Assembly: GCA_963921275.4 (NCBI GenBank) | Contig: OZ001293.3 | Span: 2,144,001-2,208,000, forward strand | Origin: an uncultured Hormoscilla sp. | Lineage (GTDB): Bacteria; Cyanobacteriota; Cyanobacteriia; Cyanobacteriales; Desertifilaceae | Length of the DNA stretch: 64,000 bases | Direction of reading: 5' to 3' | Shown: positions 32,917 through 49,582 of the stretch, piece after piece | How the letters are laid out: every line of letters starts with the position of its first letter | Numbering within the stretch: position 1 is the stretch's first letter | Translations under genes and position numbers: made by a program | The notes under the pieces: model-generated | Database searches by the model: none | Seen by the model: only the letters and a program-made list of their open reading frames with translations | Told to the model about the DNA's origin: nothing

Positions 32917-35900
32917 AACTCCCCTCCTACCGATCTAGAACTCAGCAACAGCAGCATTGATTCTAACTCCCCTGATGGTACAGTTGTAGGGACTTTCTCA
33001 ACTACCGATCCTGACATTGGAATTGGAGATACCTTTACCTACCAGTTAGTCACAGGCGAGGGTGCCGATGATAACGCCGCCTTCACCATAGAAGGGAACT
33101 CACTGCAAATTAACAGTTCCCCTGACTTTGAGACCCAGTCCAGTTACAGCATCCGCGTCCAGACTACTGACTCGACCGGGAACAGTTACTCAGAAGCCTT
33201 GACTATTAGCGTCAACAATGTCAACGAGTCTCCTACCGATCTAGTCCTTAGCAACAGCAGCATTGATTCTAACTCCACATCGGGTGCAGTCGTAGGGACT
33301 TTCTCAACTACCGATCCTGACTCTTCCGATCCCTTTACCTACCAGTTAGTCACAGGCGAGGGTGCCGATGATAACGCCGCCTTCACCATAGAAGGGAACT
33401 CATTGCAAATTAACAGTTCTCCTGACTTTGAGACTCAGTCCAGTTACAGCATCCGCGTCCAGGCTACTGACTCTACTGGGAACAGTTACTCGGAAGCCTT
33501 GACTATTAATGTCAACAATGTCAACTCCTCTCCTACCGACCTAGTCCTTAGCAACAGCAGCATTGATTCTAACTCCCCTGATAATGCAGTCGTAGGGACT
33601 TTCTCAACTACCGATCCTGACATTGGAGATACCTTTACCTACCAGTTAGTCTCCGGCGCTGGTGACGATAATAACGCCGCCTTCACCATAGAAGGGAACT
33701 CATTGCAAATTAACAGTTCTCCTGACTTTGAGACCCAGTCCAGTTACAGCATCCGCGTCCAGACTACTGATGCTGGTGGGCTTAGTTACTCAGAAGCCTT
33801 GACTATTAGCGTCAACAATGTCAACGAGTCTCCGACCGACCTAGTCCTTAGCAACAGCAGCATTGATTCTAACTCCCCTGATAATGCAGTCGTAGGGACT
33901 TTTTCAACTACCGATCCTGACATTGGAGATACCTTTACCTACCAGTTAGTCTCCGGCGCTGGTGACGATAATAACGACGCCTTCACCATAGAAGGGAACT
34001 CATTGCAAATTAACAGTTCCCCTGACTTTGAGACTCAGTCCAGTTACAGCATCCGCGTCCAGACTACTGATGCTGGTGGGCTTAGTTACTCAGAAGCCTT
34101 GACTATTAGCGTCAACAATGTCAACGAGTCTCCGACCGACCTAGTCCTTAGCAACAGCAGCATTGATTCTAACTCCCCTGATAATGCAGTCGTAGGGACT
34201 TTCTCAACTACCGATCCTGACATTGGAGATACCTTTACCTACCAGTTAGTCTCCGGCGCTGGTGACGATAATAACGCCGCCTCACCATAGAAGGGAACTC
34301 ATTGCAAATTAACAGTTCCCCTGACTTTGAGACTCAGTCCAGTTACAGCATCCGCGTCCAGACTACTGATGCTGGTGGGCTTAGTTACTCAGAAGCCTTG
34401 ACTATTAGCGTCAACAATGTCAACGAGTCTCCGACCGACCTAGTCCTTAGCAACAGCAGCATTGATTCTAACTCCCCTGATAATGCAGTCGTAGGGACTT
34501 TCTCAACTACCGATCCTGACGCTGACGATACCTTTACCTACCAGTTAGTCACAGGCGACGGTGCCGATGATAACGCCGCCTTCACCATAGAAGGGAACTC
34601 ACTGCAAATTAACAGTTCCCCTGACTTTGAGACCCAGTCCAGTTACAGCATCCGCGTCCAGACTACTGATGCTGGTGGGCTTAGTTACTCAGAAGCCTTG
34701 ACTATTAGCGTCAACAATGTCAACGAACCTCCGACCTTTATAGTCCTTAGCAGCAGCAGCATTGATTCTAACTCCCCTGATAATGCAGTCGTAGGGACTT
34801 TCTCAACTACCGATCCTGACGCTGACGATACCTTTACCTACCAGTTAGTCACAGGCGAGGGTGCCGATGATAACGCCGCCTTCACCATAGAAGGGAACTC
34901 ACTGCAAATTAACAGTTCCCCTGACTTTGAGACCCAGTCCAGTTACAGCATCCGCGTCCAGACTACTGATGCTGGTGGGCTTAGTTACTCAGAAGCCTTG
35001 ACTATTAGCGTCAACAATGTCAACGAACCTCCGACCTTTATAGTCCTTAGCAGCAGCAGCATTGATTCTAACTCCCCTGATAATGCAGTCGTAGGGACTT
35101 TCTCAACTACCGATCCTGACTCTTCCGATCCCTTTACCTACCAGTTAGTCACAGGCGACGGTGCCGATGATAACGCCGCCTTCACCATAGAAGGGAACTC
35201 ACTGCAAATTAACAGTTCCCCTGACTTTGAGACCCAGTCCAGTTACAGCATCCGCGTCCAGACTACTGACTCGACCGGGAACAGTTACTCAGAGGCCTTG
35301 ACTATTAGCGTCAACGATATTCCCGAACCTTCGACCTCCATAGTCCTTAGCAGCAGCAACATTGATTCTAACTCCCCTGATAATGCAGTCGTAGGGACTT
35401 TCTCAACTACCGATCCTGACTCTTCCGATCCCTTTACTTACCAGTTAGTCACAGGCGACGGTGCCGATGATAACGACGCCTTCACCATAGAAGGGAACTC
35501 ACTGCAAATTAACAGTTCCCCTGACTTTGAGACCCAGTCCAGTTACAGCATCCGCGTCCAGACTACTGACTCGACCGGGAACAGTTACTCAGAGGCCTTG
35601 ACTATTAGCGTCAACGATGTTCCCTCACCTCCGACCTCCATAGTCCTTAGCAACAGCAGCATTGATTCTAACTCCGCATCGGGTGCAGTCGTAGGGACTT
35701 TCTCAACTACCGATCCTGACATTGGAGATACCTTTACCTACCAGTTAGTCACAGGCGACGGTGCCGATGATAACGCCGCCTTCACCATAGAAGGGAACTC
35801 ACTGCAAATTAACAGTTCCCCTGACTTTGAGACCCAGTCCAGTTACAGCATCCGCGTCCAGACTACTGACTCGACCGGGAACAGTTACTCAGAGGCCTTG

Positions 35901-38040
35901 ACTATTAGCGTCAACGATGTTCCCTCACCTCCGACCTCCATAGTCCTTAGCAACAGCAGCATTGATTCTAACTCCGCATCGGGTGCAGTCGTAGGGACTT
36001 TCTCAACTACCGATCCTGACATTGGAGATACCTTTACCTACCAGTTAGTCACAGGCGACGGTGCCGATGATAACGCCGCCTTCACCATAGAAGGGAACTC
36101 ACTGCAAATTAACAGTTCCCCTGACTTTGAGACCCAGTCCAGTTACAGCATCCGCGTCCAGACTACTGACTCGACCGGGAACAGTTACTCAGAGGCCTTG
36201 ACTATTAGCGTCAACGATGTTCCCTCACCTCCGACCTCCATAGTCCTTAGCAACAGCAGCATTGATTCTAACTCCGCATCGGGTGCAGTCGTAGGGACTT
36301 TCTCAACTACCGATCCTGACATTGGAGATACCTTTACCTACCAGTTAGTCACAGGCGACGGTGCCGATGATAACGCCGCCTTCACCATAGAAGGGAACTC
36401 ACTGCAAATTAACAGTTCCCCTGACTTTGAGACCCAGTCCAGTTACAGCATCCGCGTCCAGACTACTGACTCGACCGGGAACAGTTACTCAGAGGCCTTG
36501 ACTATTAGCGTCAACGATATTCCCGAACCTTCGACCTCCATAGTCCTTAGCAGCAGCAGCATTGATAAAAACTCCCCTGATAATGCAGTCGTAGGGACTT
36601 TCTCAACTATCGATCCTGACTCTTCCGATACCTTTACCTACCAGTTAGTCACAGGCGACGGTGCCGATGATAACGCCGCCTTCACCATAGAATGGAACTC
36701 ACTGCAAATTAACAGTTCCCCTGACTTTGAGACCCAGTCCAGTTACAGCATCCGCGTCCAGACTACTGACTCTGCTAGTAATAGTTTTGAGGAGGTCTTG
36801 ACTATTAATGTTATTGATGAAGCAGAGAATTCTTCTCCTACCTCCATAGTCCTTAGCAACAATAGCATCAACGAAAACTCTCCATTGGGTGCAGTCGTAG
36901 GGACTTTGTCTACTAGCGATCCCGACGAGGGAGATAGCTTTATCTACATGCTTGTCTCCGGCAACAATGCCTTTACTATAGTAGGGGACCAACTGCTAAC
37001 TAACAGTTCTTTGGACTTTGAGACTCAGTCCAGTTACAGCCTCCGCGTCCAGACTACTGACTCTGCTAGTAATAGTTTTGAGGAGGTCTTGACTATTAAT
37101 GTTATTGATGAAGCAGAGAATTATTCTCCTACTGATATAATTCTTAGCAGCAGCATCAATATCAACGAAAACTCCCCAGCCAATACTGTCGTGGGGACTT
37201 TCGGAACTACTGACCCCGATAATGGAGATACCTTTACCTACCAGTTAATCTCCGGCTTTGGTGCCGATGATAACGCTGCCTTCACCATAGTAGGGAACCA
37301 ACTGCGAATTAACAGTTCCCCTGACTTTGAGACTCAGTCGAGTTACAGCCTCCGCGTCCAGACTACTGACTCGACTGGGAACAGTTACTCGGAGGTCTTG
37401 ATTATTAACGTCAACGATGTCGGCGAGTCTCCTACCGACCTAGTCCTTAGTAGCAGCAGCATCAATGAAGATTCCCTATTGGGTGCAGTTGTAGGGACTT
37501 TCGGAACTACTGACCCCGATAATGGAGATACCTTTACTTACCAGTTAATCTCGGGCTTTGGTGATGATGATAACGCTGCTTTCATCATAGTGGGGGACCA
37601 ACTGCGAATTAACAGTTCTCCGGATTTTGAGACTCAGGAGATTTACAGGATATTCGTTCGGACTACCGACTCGACTGGGAACAGTTACTCGGAGGCTTTG
37701 ATTATTAATGTGAACAATGTTGCTGAGTCTCCTACTGATATAGTTCTTAGTAATGGCAGCATTAATTCTAATTCCCGTGTGGGTGCGATCGTGGGGACTT
37801 TCGGAACTAGCGATCCGGACGGGGGAAATACTTTTACCTACGGGTTAATCTCGGGTTTTGGTGACGATGATAACGCTGCTTTCACTATAGTAGGGGACCA
37901 ACTGCTAATTAATAGTTCTCCGGCTTTGGAGATGAGGTCGAGTTACAGTATCCGCGTTCAGACTATTGACGTTACTGGGGCCAGTTACTCGGAGGCTTTG
38001 ATTATTAATGTGAACAATGTTGCCGAGTCTCCTACTGACC
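32917..38040 (+). repeat. ~300-bp tandem repeats encoding cadherin-like domains (~17 units)
   Basis: 300-bp periodicity, several units nearly identical. Confidence 0.9.
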
Positions 38041-38449
38041 TTAACTTCAGCAATACTCGTCAACCCCTAACTTTCAACCCCCAACCCCTAACTTTATCAC
38101 TCTTTGAGAAGGAGGAGGAGGACACTCTGATCGGCGGGGAGGGAAGAGATCGCGTCTACGGAAACCATGGAAGCGATCGTCTCTACGAAGGATCAGAGGC
38201 CAATATTTTTGTTCTGGAGTCGGACATGATGGGTACTATCATAGACTTTGAAGATTATACGGACGGGGCTGAACGCGATCGGGCTGGACGCGATTTTTCC
38301 GGAACGGTAGATTTGGCGATCGTCTCTCAGGGCCTAGATACCTTGATTAACTTTGAAAGGGACACCCTGGTCACCCTACAGGGGATTTCAAAGATTTACG
38401 TGAGCGATCAGAATAGCACTCCTCTCCTACCGACCTAGAGCTCAGCACC

Positions 38450-38950
38450 GCAGCATTGCAGGGGACGAATTGTGGCCGTCAAATCTTGCGGTTCCCGCAG
38501 CTCGGTTCCCCTAATTTACTACCTGGGCCGCCTCTTCTCGTAAAATAATTGCTACATAGGTATCCGAGATAATCTCACCATCTCGGAAAGCCGTATCCCC
38601 CCGATACACGGGGTTAGTCAGCCACCGCCGTCCTGTAGAAACCGATATCTTCTTGCCATATCTCTTCTCCAAATAGCGCACCGCACCTCGCAAAGAACCA
38701 TACAGCAGAAATTGTGCAAAAAAATCCTTCACTACTGGCGCCGCCGCCCGATCGATCGCATAGCTATTTTTACCCCGCTTGTATCCGTAGGGTACTTTAC
38801 CCGGTGGCGGTTTACCTTGCAGGCGGTTGCGGGCATGTCCTTGACGAATGCGGCGACTGCGCTGGTAATATTGTATTTCCCGTAGCAGTTGCAGAACATC
38901 TTTGCGGTTAACTTCTGACTCTGTGGTAATAATATTAATGCCGAGGAATT
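38450..38950 (-). pseudogene. Recombinase-family (serine recombinase-like) protein fragment
   Basis: PPGKVPYGYKRG, FLLYGSLRGAVRYL, WLTNPVYRGD; cut at the IS5 end. Confidence 0.65.
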
Positions 38951-38952
38951 CT

Positions 38953-39648
38953 AGGGCGTGTCATCAGTTAGATTAACGATATGGGTCCCCACCAAAAATA
39001 TATAACAAGATGATTGAGTTGACAACCAGGATATATTGGTGTGATCTAAGAGGGTAAAGGTTAGAGCAGGAGAATTTGAGAAATGCGTCGCTATGCTTTA
39101 AGAGATGACCAGTGGGAGAGAATCAGGGACCTATTGCCAGGTCGGGAGGGTTATGTGGGGGGGACAGCTAAGGATAACCGCTTATTTGTCTATGCTGTCT
39201 TGTATCGATATAGAGCTGGGATACCTTGGCGGGACTTACCCGAGCGATTTGGGGACTTGAGGGTAATTCATACGCGCCATAGTAGGTGGTCAAAATCCGG
39301 GGTATGGGAAAGAGTATTCAAGGTACTTGCGTCCGATGCCGATAACGAATATGCGATGATTGATGCCACGATATAAAGGGCTCATCAACATAGTGCAGGT
39401 GCTCAAAAAAAAGATTGCGACCAAGCCATCGGACGCCGTAAAGGGGGTTTGAGTACCAAAATTCACGCGACCTGTGACGCATTGGGGAACCCAACGGGTT
39501 TTCATTTAACAGCTGGTCAAGCTCACGATTTGGAAGGGGCTGATGTGTTACTTGATAATATTAAGGCTGATGCGTTACTCGCAGACAAAGCTTCTGATGC
39601 TGACGAACGGGTTTTGAAACGTCTTGAAGCCCAGCAATGCGAACCCCA
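38953..39648 (+). mobile_element. IS5-family element, truncated and defective
   Basis: End AGGGCGTGTCATCA; MRRYALRDDQWERI, WRDLPERFG, IDAT, GGLSTKIHA, ADKA; internal TAA at 39374; 3' part lost. Confidence 0.85.
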
Positions 39649-39649
39649 C

Positions 39650-40491
39650 CCTGAGCTGCTGGGCAGTAGTTTCCTACTGGTTCTCGACCCAGTAGATGCT
39701 AACCAAGCCCGAGTCATAGTCCAAACAGCTAAACAGCAGGAAGTACCAGTTATTGCCTACGATCGGGCGATTTCCGATGACGATACGATGTATTACGTAT
39801 CCTTTAACAACGAGGAAGTGGGAGAACTGCAAGGAAAGTACAGAGTGGAGCAATAGGAGCAAGGAGAATACGGGCTGAAAAAAGGAGCCAAACTGGTAAT
39901 GATACATGGCTCCCCCACGGATAATAATGCCCGGCTATTCTCCGCCAAGGAGTGCTGAAAAAATTACAGCCACTGATAGATAGGGGAGACCTGCAGCTCG
40001 TTTTCGACGAATATACTCCATACTAGGACAGGAAGATAGCGGGTGATCGGATGGCCAAGATGCTGGCCAAAGAGGGGAGAAAGATAAAGATAGCTTATGT
40101 AGCGAATGATAACATGGCTAACAGCGCGATCGAAGTATTGCGGAGTCAAAAATTAAATGGTAAAGTATTAGTAACAGGACAAGATGCGGAACTATTCGCC
40201 CTGTAGAACATCCTGAAAGGGGACCAAGCAATGACCGTTTACAAACCAATTAGTCAGGAAGTAGCAGCAGCAGCCAAATTGGTAGCGGCCTTGAGCGAGG
40301 GCAGGGATCCAGGGGAGATAATTAACAGTACAACCGAAACCGCTACAGGTGGTAAAATTCCCTCAGTCCTAGTAGATGCGATCGCAGTAGACAAGGATAA
40401 CATTACAGACAGCGTAATAGCGGATAAATTCCTGTTGCTGGGGGAAATTTGTCAGGGAATAACAGTCGATCCTGGGGGAATTTGCAAGTAA
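39650..40491 (+). pseudogene. XylF-like sugar ABC substrate-binding protein remnant
   Basis: PVIAYDR, YVSFNNEEVGELQG, GSPTDNNA, VTGQDA, MTVYKP in broken frames. Confidence 0.75.
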
Positions 40492-40539
40492 TATATACTC
40501 CGAACCGTCGGGAACTGCGCTTTTCTCAACTCCCATGGG

Positions 40540-41420
40540 ATCGGGGGCGATCGCGTGAAGACCAGAAACCGGGTTTCTGCGGAAATTTTCCCATCCTCAC
40601 CGAGATAGTAAAAGAAACCCGGTTTCTCAACTCTCACTCCTTAGTCCCCCGATCGCGGTCAGACCAGAAAAAAGCGCAAGCCGATCTCGTTCCGGGTATA
40701 GTTACAAGTAGATCATAGGGGCGATCGCACTTTTATATTATAGCAGTTCTCAGATTAGTGTGATCTGCTGTCGGAGATGGATGCATCTCACTTCTAGCCC
40801 GCGCAGGCGGGCTTTGTTCCTGTAGCCGGACCCTTTAGGGTTCGGGCGGCTGTATCACATCAATTTGAGAAACGCTATATACCATGTGATTAAACATATT
40901 CGGGACTTTATGCTGCACGGATGCGAGCGGAGGCGGGAGCCTCATCAGACTGTTCCCAGGTAGAACCTGGGAACGAGAGGGTATCGGGGCGATCGCACTT
41001 TGCGGTTAAGCACCCAAATTATATCAGGTCTGATTAAATACCCATCCATAAAATTTTATCACCCGTAGGTTGGGTTGAGGCACGAAACCCAACCTACGAA
41101 AAGATCTTTTATTATGGTTAATCATCCCGACATGATATTAAATCATAATGCTATTAGTCGGTTTCAACCGACTTTAGCCTCTAGCCTTTGGGTTTGAACC
41201 CTCCGTGTATCGTGGGTAGTGCTCAACCGCGCTCCCACGATACACGGAAGACGGGCTAACAGCGAAGAAATCATCTTGGCGATCGCACTTTTATGTTATA
41301 CCATGTGATTAAACATATTCGGTACCTTATGCTGCACGGATGCCACGCTCGGAGGCGGGAGCCTCAGAAGACCGTTCCCAGGTTCTACCTGGGAACGAGA
41401 AGGTGGGCGATCGCACTTGG
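40540..41420. repeat. Mosaic of dispersed repeats and MITEs (HIP1-anchored blocks; ~100-bp direct repeat 40878-40980 / 41298-41402)
   Basis: Multiple palindromes and duplicated segments; no credible ORF. Confidence 0.7.
40741..40877. mobile_element. IS630-like MITE with TA duplication
   Basis: TAGCAGTTCTCAGATT / AATTTGAGAAACGCTA ends; matching empty site near 41290-41305. Confidence 0.7.
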
Positions 41421-41643
41421 TGCATAGGACGGTTATGGTAGAGTTACAAACATATCATCGAGGCGATTGCACCGGTTCTTCAGCTTCCGGATCGCGGGTT
41501 AGACAAGCACAGACTCTGCTGATAGAATCTTATATAATAGCCACCCAGCGCCGTAAGCACGCTTCGTGCTTACTACGAAGGAAGGGCCGCAAGCACGCTT
41601 CGTGCTTACTACGAACGGCAGACTACGAAGGAATAACATAGCC

Positions 41644-46140
<4,497 letters not shown>

Positions 46141-46351
46141 TTTGCTTGCCAATTATCAAAAATATACCATTTAAAAATAAATCCGACCGTAACGCTGCTC
46201 TTATCCGGACTTCCGCTTATTTGTAGCAGCTAAATTACCAAATGCTATTAGTCGGTTTTAACCGACTTTAGCTATTAGTTTTAACCCCCGGCGGGATGAC
46301 AGCGTAGTCAAGGAGTTTGAACTTCCCATTTCAAATACCTCAATTTTCATT

Positions 46352-48757
46352 TCAATTTTCAATTCTCCAAAGTCTAATCATACCATCAGCGCTGCTACTA
46401 GCAAGTATTTCTCCATCGGGACTAAAGGCGATCGCCTTCACCTCGCTTTCATGATTATTGAGAGTCGCCAGCAGTTGGCTAGTACGCAGGTCCCAAATTT
46501 TGATACTCTTGTCCGCACTGCCACTGGCGATCATCTTACCATCGGGACTGATGGCGATCGCCTTAATTTCGCCAATATGTCCAGTCATAGTGTTTTTTCG
46601 TTGTCCCGTCGCCATATTCCAGAGATTAATCTCGCGACCGTGACTGCTAACCATGGTTTTGCCATCGGGAGTAAAAGCGACACATTCAACTGGCAGAGAA
46701 CTATTTTTTAGAGATTGTTTTTCTTTCAGGGCATTGAGGTCAACTAGATGAATATTACCAGATTCAGTCCCTGCGACCAAAGTTTGTCGATCTGGACTGA
46801 TAGCTACAGCATTCACCCACCCCGAATTCCACTTAAAAGTTAGCTTGCGAGTGCCATTAGAAAGATTCCAGAATTTAACAGTTGTGTCTCTGCTACCCGT
46901 TACTAGAATTTTGCGTTCGAGACCGATCGCTAGAGATACTATACCTTCGTTCGCTGCGATCGCGCCTAGTAACTTACCCGTACTCAGTTGCCACAGCTTA
47001 ATTTTGTCATCACTCCGACTAGCACTAGCTAATATCTGACCATCTCTGCTAATGGCGATCGCGCTGACCGCCGATTTTCCGGGTAAAGCACCAATTGGCT
47101 TAATTTGGGGCATCCCCTCCAGCCCCCACAGCAAGATCGTACCATCCTCTCTATCGCTCACTAAAATCTTACCATCTTTGCTGAAGGCGATCGCCTGCAC
47201 TGCTGTCGCTTGGTACTGGATACTGTGGGTAACCTTAATATTGATACCAGTAGATGCCGTTGGAGAGTTATTTCCTGCTGGCATCGATTTCAGCAAAGGT
47301 GCGATCGAGAAAATAGGAAGACCGCCATTTCTGCCATACCAAACCCCTGCACCTGCCAATGCGAGGATAAACAAACCTGCAACCAAAGGGTTAACTGACG
47401 GCAATTTTAGCTCCATCCTTCTGGGTCTGCCCAGTTGCGTGGGAGTATATGCTATTGGTGGTGGTTGCGGTAGTTTATAGGAATTCTGTCCATATCCAAC
47501 AGGTGCCTGCACCCGGGGATAGGCAGGCAAATGCTGTAATGGCGCTGGCACGATCGGGATTTTTTTCGGTTTTAGCGGTTGCAGATGCTGCCCGCTTTGC
47601 ACTGCCGCTACTGAAGGAAAAGGGTCCCGTCCTTTTAAAATCCGAGTCCTTTCGCACCAAGGACAGCTGCGCAGATGATTGCCATAGCGATGCTGTTCAT
47701 TTTTAGCGCAGGTTACCAAACTATCTTCCGCCTCCTTGAGTGCGATTTGCCAAGTCTTAGCATTGGGGCGAACGCTAGGGTGAGAATGTCCGTCTTCAAA
47801 GCAGTGCATAAATAGTTGCCGCAATGTCGGATGCAGTAACTCTATCGGCGGTGCTGCTGGCATCGGATTGAACGGCACCTTCCGACTGCCATAGGGAAAG
47901 TGATTAGCTGCAATGCGCTTCTCGATCGGGGGCGGTTCGCCCGGCAACCTGTAGACACCAGCAAAAGGATGAGTACCTTCCATTAACAGTTGGAAAATCA
48001 GCACCGCCAACCCAAACATATCCTGTTCTGGCCTTCTGTCGAAATCAGCAAAAGACTTACCACCCTGCAACTCTGGTGGTGTAAACTCTGGCTTGCCTAC
48101 TCTACAGCGATAAACCGCCCCAGTCGAGCGATCGCTCACCTGCAAAGAATCCATATCCACGAAAGTACAAAGGGCCGTCTCTGTCAAGAGAATATTCGAC
48201 TCATTCACATCACCTATACAATAGCCCCTAGCATGGAGGGCACCAACAGCCCCTGCCAAATTGCGGGCCGTGCGATGGAGATAAAGATAATTGAACAACG
48301 GACATTTCTCGCGGCGACTTTTAGGGTTATAAAAATCAATCAACGGGCGCATCTGAGTCACTCGCGGCATCAGAAAACCCGCCACTTGTTGCGGATTCGA
48401 TATCTGAGGGGTTTTTGCGATTTTATGCGCTGCGCGCACACTACGCGGACGCGCAGCGTAGCATAAAGAAGACATCGAAGTAGTTAACAGCAAGTCAACA
48501 GGCCAAGCGAAAGACATATGTCCGAGTGATGCCGTCGGATTATCCGGCGGGTTTGCCAGCATCGCCGCCAATTTGTGGCCATGCATCGGTTTTGGCTGGC
48601 GATAAACCTTTGCTACTAAACTGGGTTCTCCCGGGACAGCGAATACCCGCGCTTCACCGCCTGCCCCCAGTTCCGATCCATTATCTAGAGTAATTAATTG
48701 TCGATTAGATTGTCGTTGTAGCCCCATAGCTTTGTTTTTTCTAGATGATGCAAGCAA
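46352..48757 (-). CDS. YegI/TerY-P-type Ser/Thr kinase with C-terminal WD40 propeller
   Basis: GAGGEARV, VAKVY, GDVNESNIL, VGKPEFTPPELQ, HPFAG, C..CPWC, TM segment, ~7 WD40 repeats. Confidence 0.85.
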   Translation of the reverse strand: MLASSRKNKAMGLQRQSNRQLITLDNGSELGAGGEARVFAVPGEPSLVAKVYRQPKPMHGHKLAAMLANPPDNPTASLGHMSFAWPVDLLLTTSMSSLCYAARPRSVRAAHKIAKTPQISNPQQVAGFLMPRVTQMRPLIDFYNPKSRREKCPLFNYLYLHRTARNLAGAVGALHARGYCIGDVNESNILLTETALCTFVDMDSLQVSDRSTGAVYRCRVGKPEFTPPELQGGKSFADFDRRPEQDMFGLAVLIFQLLMEGTHPFAGVYRLPGEPPPIEKRIAANHFPYGSRKVPFNPMPAAPPIELLHPTLRQLFMHCFEDGHSHPSVRPNAKTWQIALKEAEDSLVTCAKNEQHRYGNHLRSCPWCERTRILKGRDPFPSVAAVQSGQHLQPLKPKKIPIVPAPLQHLPAYPRVQAPVGYGQNSYKLPQPPPIAYTPTQLGRPRRMELKLPSVNPLVAGLFILALAGAGVWYGRNGGLPIFSIAPLLKSMPAGNNSPTASTGINIKVTHSIQYQATAVQAIAFSKDGKILVSDREDGTILLWGLEGMPQIKPIGALPGKSAVSAIAISRDGQILASASRSDDKIKLWQLSTGKLLGAIAANEGIVSLAIGLERKILVTGSRDTTVKFWNLSNGTRKLTFKWNSGWVNAVAISPDRQTLVAGTESGNIHLVDLNALKEKQSLKNSSLPVECVAFTPDGKTMVSSHGREINLWNMATGQRKNTMTGHIGEIKAIAISPDGKMIASGSADKSIKIWDLRTSQLLATLNNHESEVKAIAFSPDGEILASSSADGMIRLWRIEN

Positions 48758-48772
48758 AGCCGCTTTCCCCCT

Positions 48773-49582
48773 TTAGTCATCAGCCATCTTTGGATTCAGA
48801 GTTGCTAATAATATTGTTAAATCATCATCCGTGCGTTCTGTAATCCGGGGGTGACGTAAGAATTCCATCAATTGCACCTTGGCTGAATCTTCATCTGTTG
48901 CCTCTGCTACAAACCGGAACAGAGGCGAGAAAAACGGTGGGTGGGGCGTTCCTTCGGGAAGTTTCAAAGCCAGTCGCTGTAATCCATCGGAGAAGATCGC
49001 CAGATGAGAGACTTCCCCCCGCCATACTTTGATTTGGGCCGTTTCTACCGCTTCTGGTGAGAGCAAGAATACAGTTTCATTCGCATATTCACCAGTTTCT
49101 GGAGTAGTGAGGCCGCTGAGATTGCCTTCATTATCCAGCACCACTGCCGCCCCGTCACCCACTTGGGCCGCAGCAACCACTCCTGGCGCGGCTACTACGA
49201 TAATTAAAGTTGTCGCTAAGTCCCGCAGTTCTACATCCCGCACTACAGCTTCTGCCGCGATCGCCTGTTGGGCGGCTGCCAGGGCCTCACTCAAGAACGA
49301 CTGCCAAGCCCGATCCTCCCTTTGCAATTGTAACGTTGCAGTATTGTTACCCAGGGTAGCTACAGCGGTTTGAGTCGCTATAGCAGACCCCACCTCTGAG
49401 AGAGCTGCCGAACCTGCACCATCAGCCACCGCTGATACCAGGATCCCTTTTGGCAATCTAGTCCAATCATAGGCATCTTGACAAGGCTGTCCCCGTTTTT
49501 CATGGCCCGTGCCCGGCACTGATGCTGGCACCACCCGCCAGTAATCTATTCCCTGTAAATTTTCAGCTTTACTTTTACTCAT
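48773..49582 (-). CDS. PP2C-family phosphatase (YegK-like)
   Basis: SVPGTGHEKRGQPCQD, AVADGAGSA, QVGDG, GEYANET, FSDGL, TDDDLT; ATG overlaps the upstream stop. Confidence 0.88.
   Translation of the reverse strand: MSKSKAENLQGIDYWRVVPASVPGTGHEKRGQPCQDAYDWTRLPKGILVSAVADGAGSAALSEVGSAIATQTAVATLGNNTATLQLQREDRAWQSFLSEALAAAQQAIAAEAVVRDVELRDLATTLIIVVAAPGVVAAAQVGDGAAVVLDNEGNLSGLTTPETGEYANETVFLLSPEAVETAQIKVWRGEVSHLAIFSDGLQRLALKLPEGTPHPPFFSPLFRFVAEATDEDSAKVQLMEFLRHPRITERTDDDLTILLATLNPKMADD

Larger units (their letters stand above)
30519..38438 (+). pseudogene. Giant DUF4347 + LRR + Ig-like + ~17 cadherin-like repeats + RTX-type tail surface protein, disrupted by an antisense intron and a 1-nt deletion near 34281
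   Basis: HLLSHGSPGCLYLGNSQLSL|DPLGDY..LLLYGCNVAAGDAG joins in frame after removing 30755-31625; PDFETQSSYSIRV repeats; DTLIGGEGRDRVYG tail; CTCACC vs CTTCACC in sister repeats. Confidence 0.85.

Noticed and set aside
41555..41630. N-terminal extension of PcrA (ORF from 41566)
   Set aside because: Made of duplicated AAGCACGCTTCGTGCTTACTACGAA palindromes; the ATG at 41644 fits the family start
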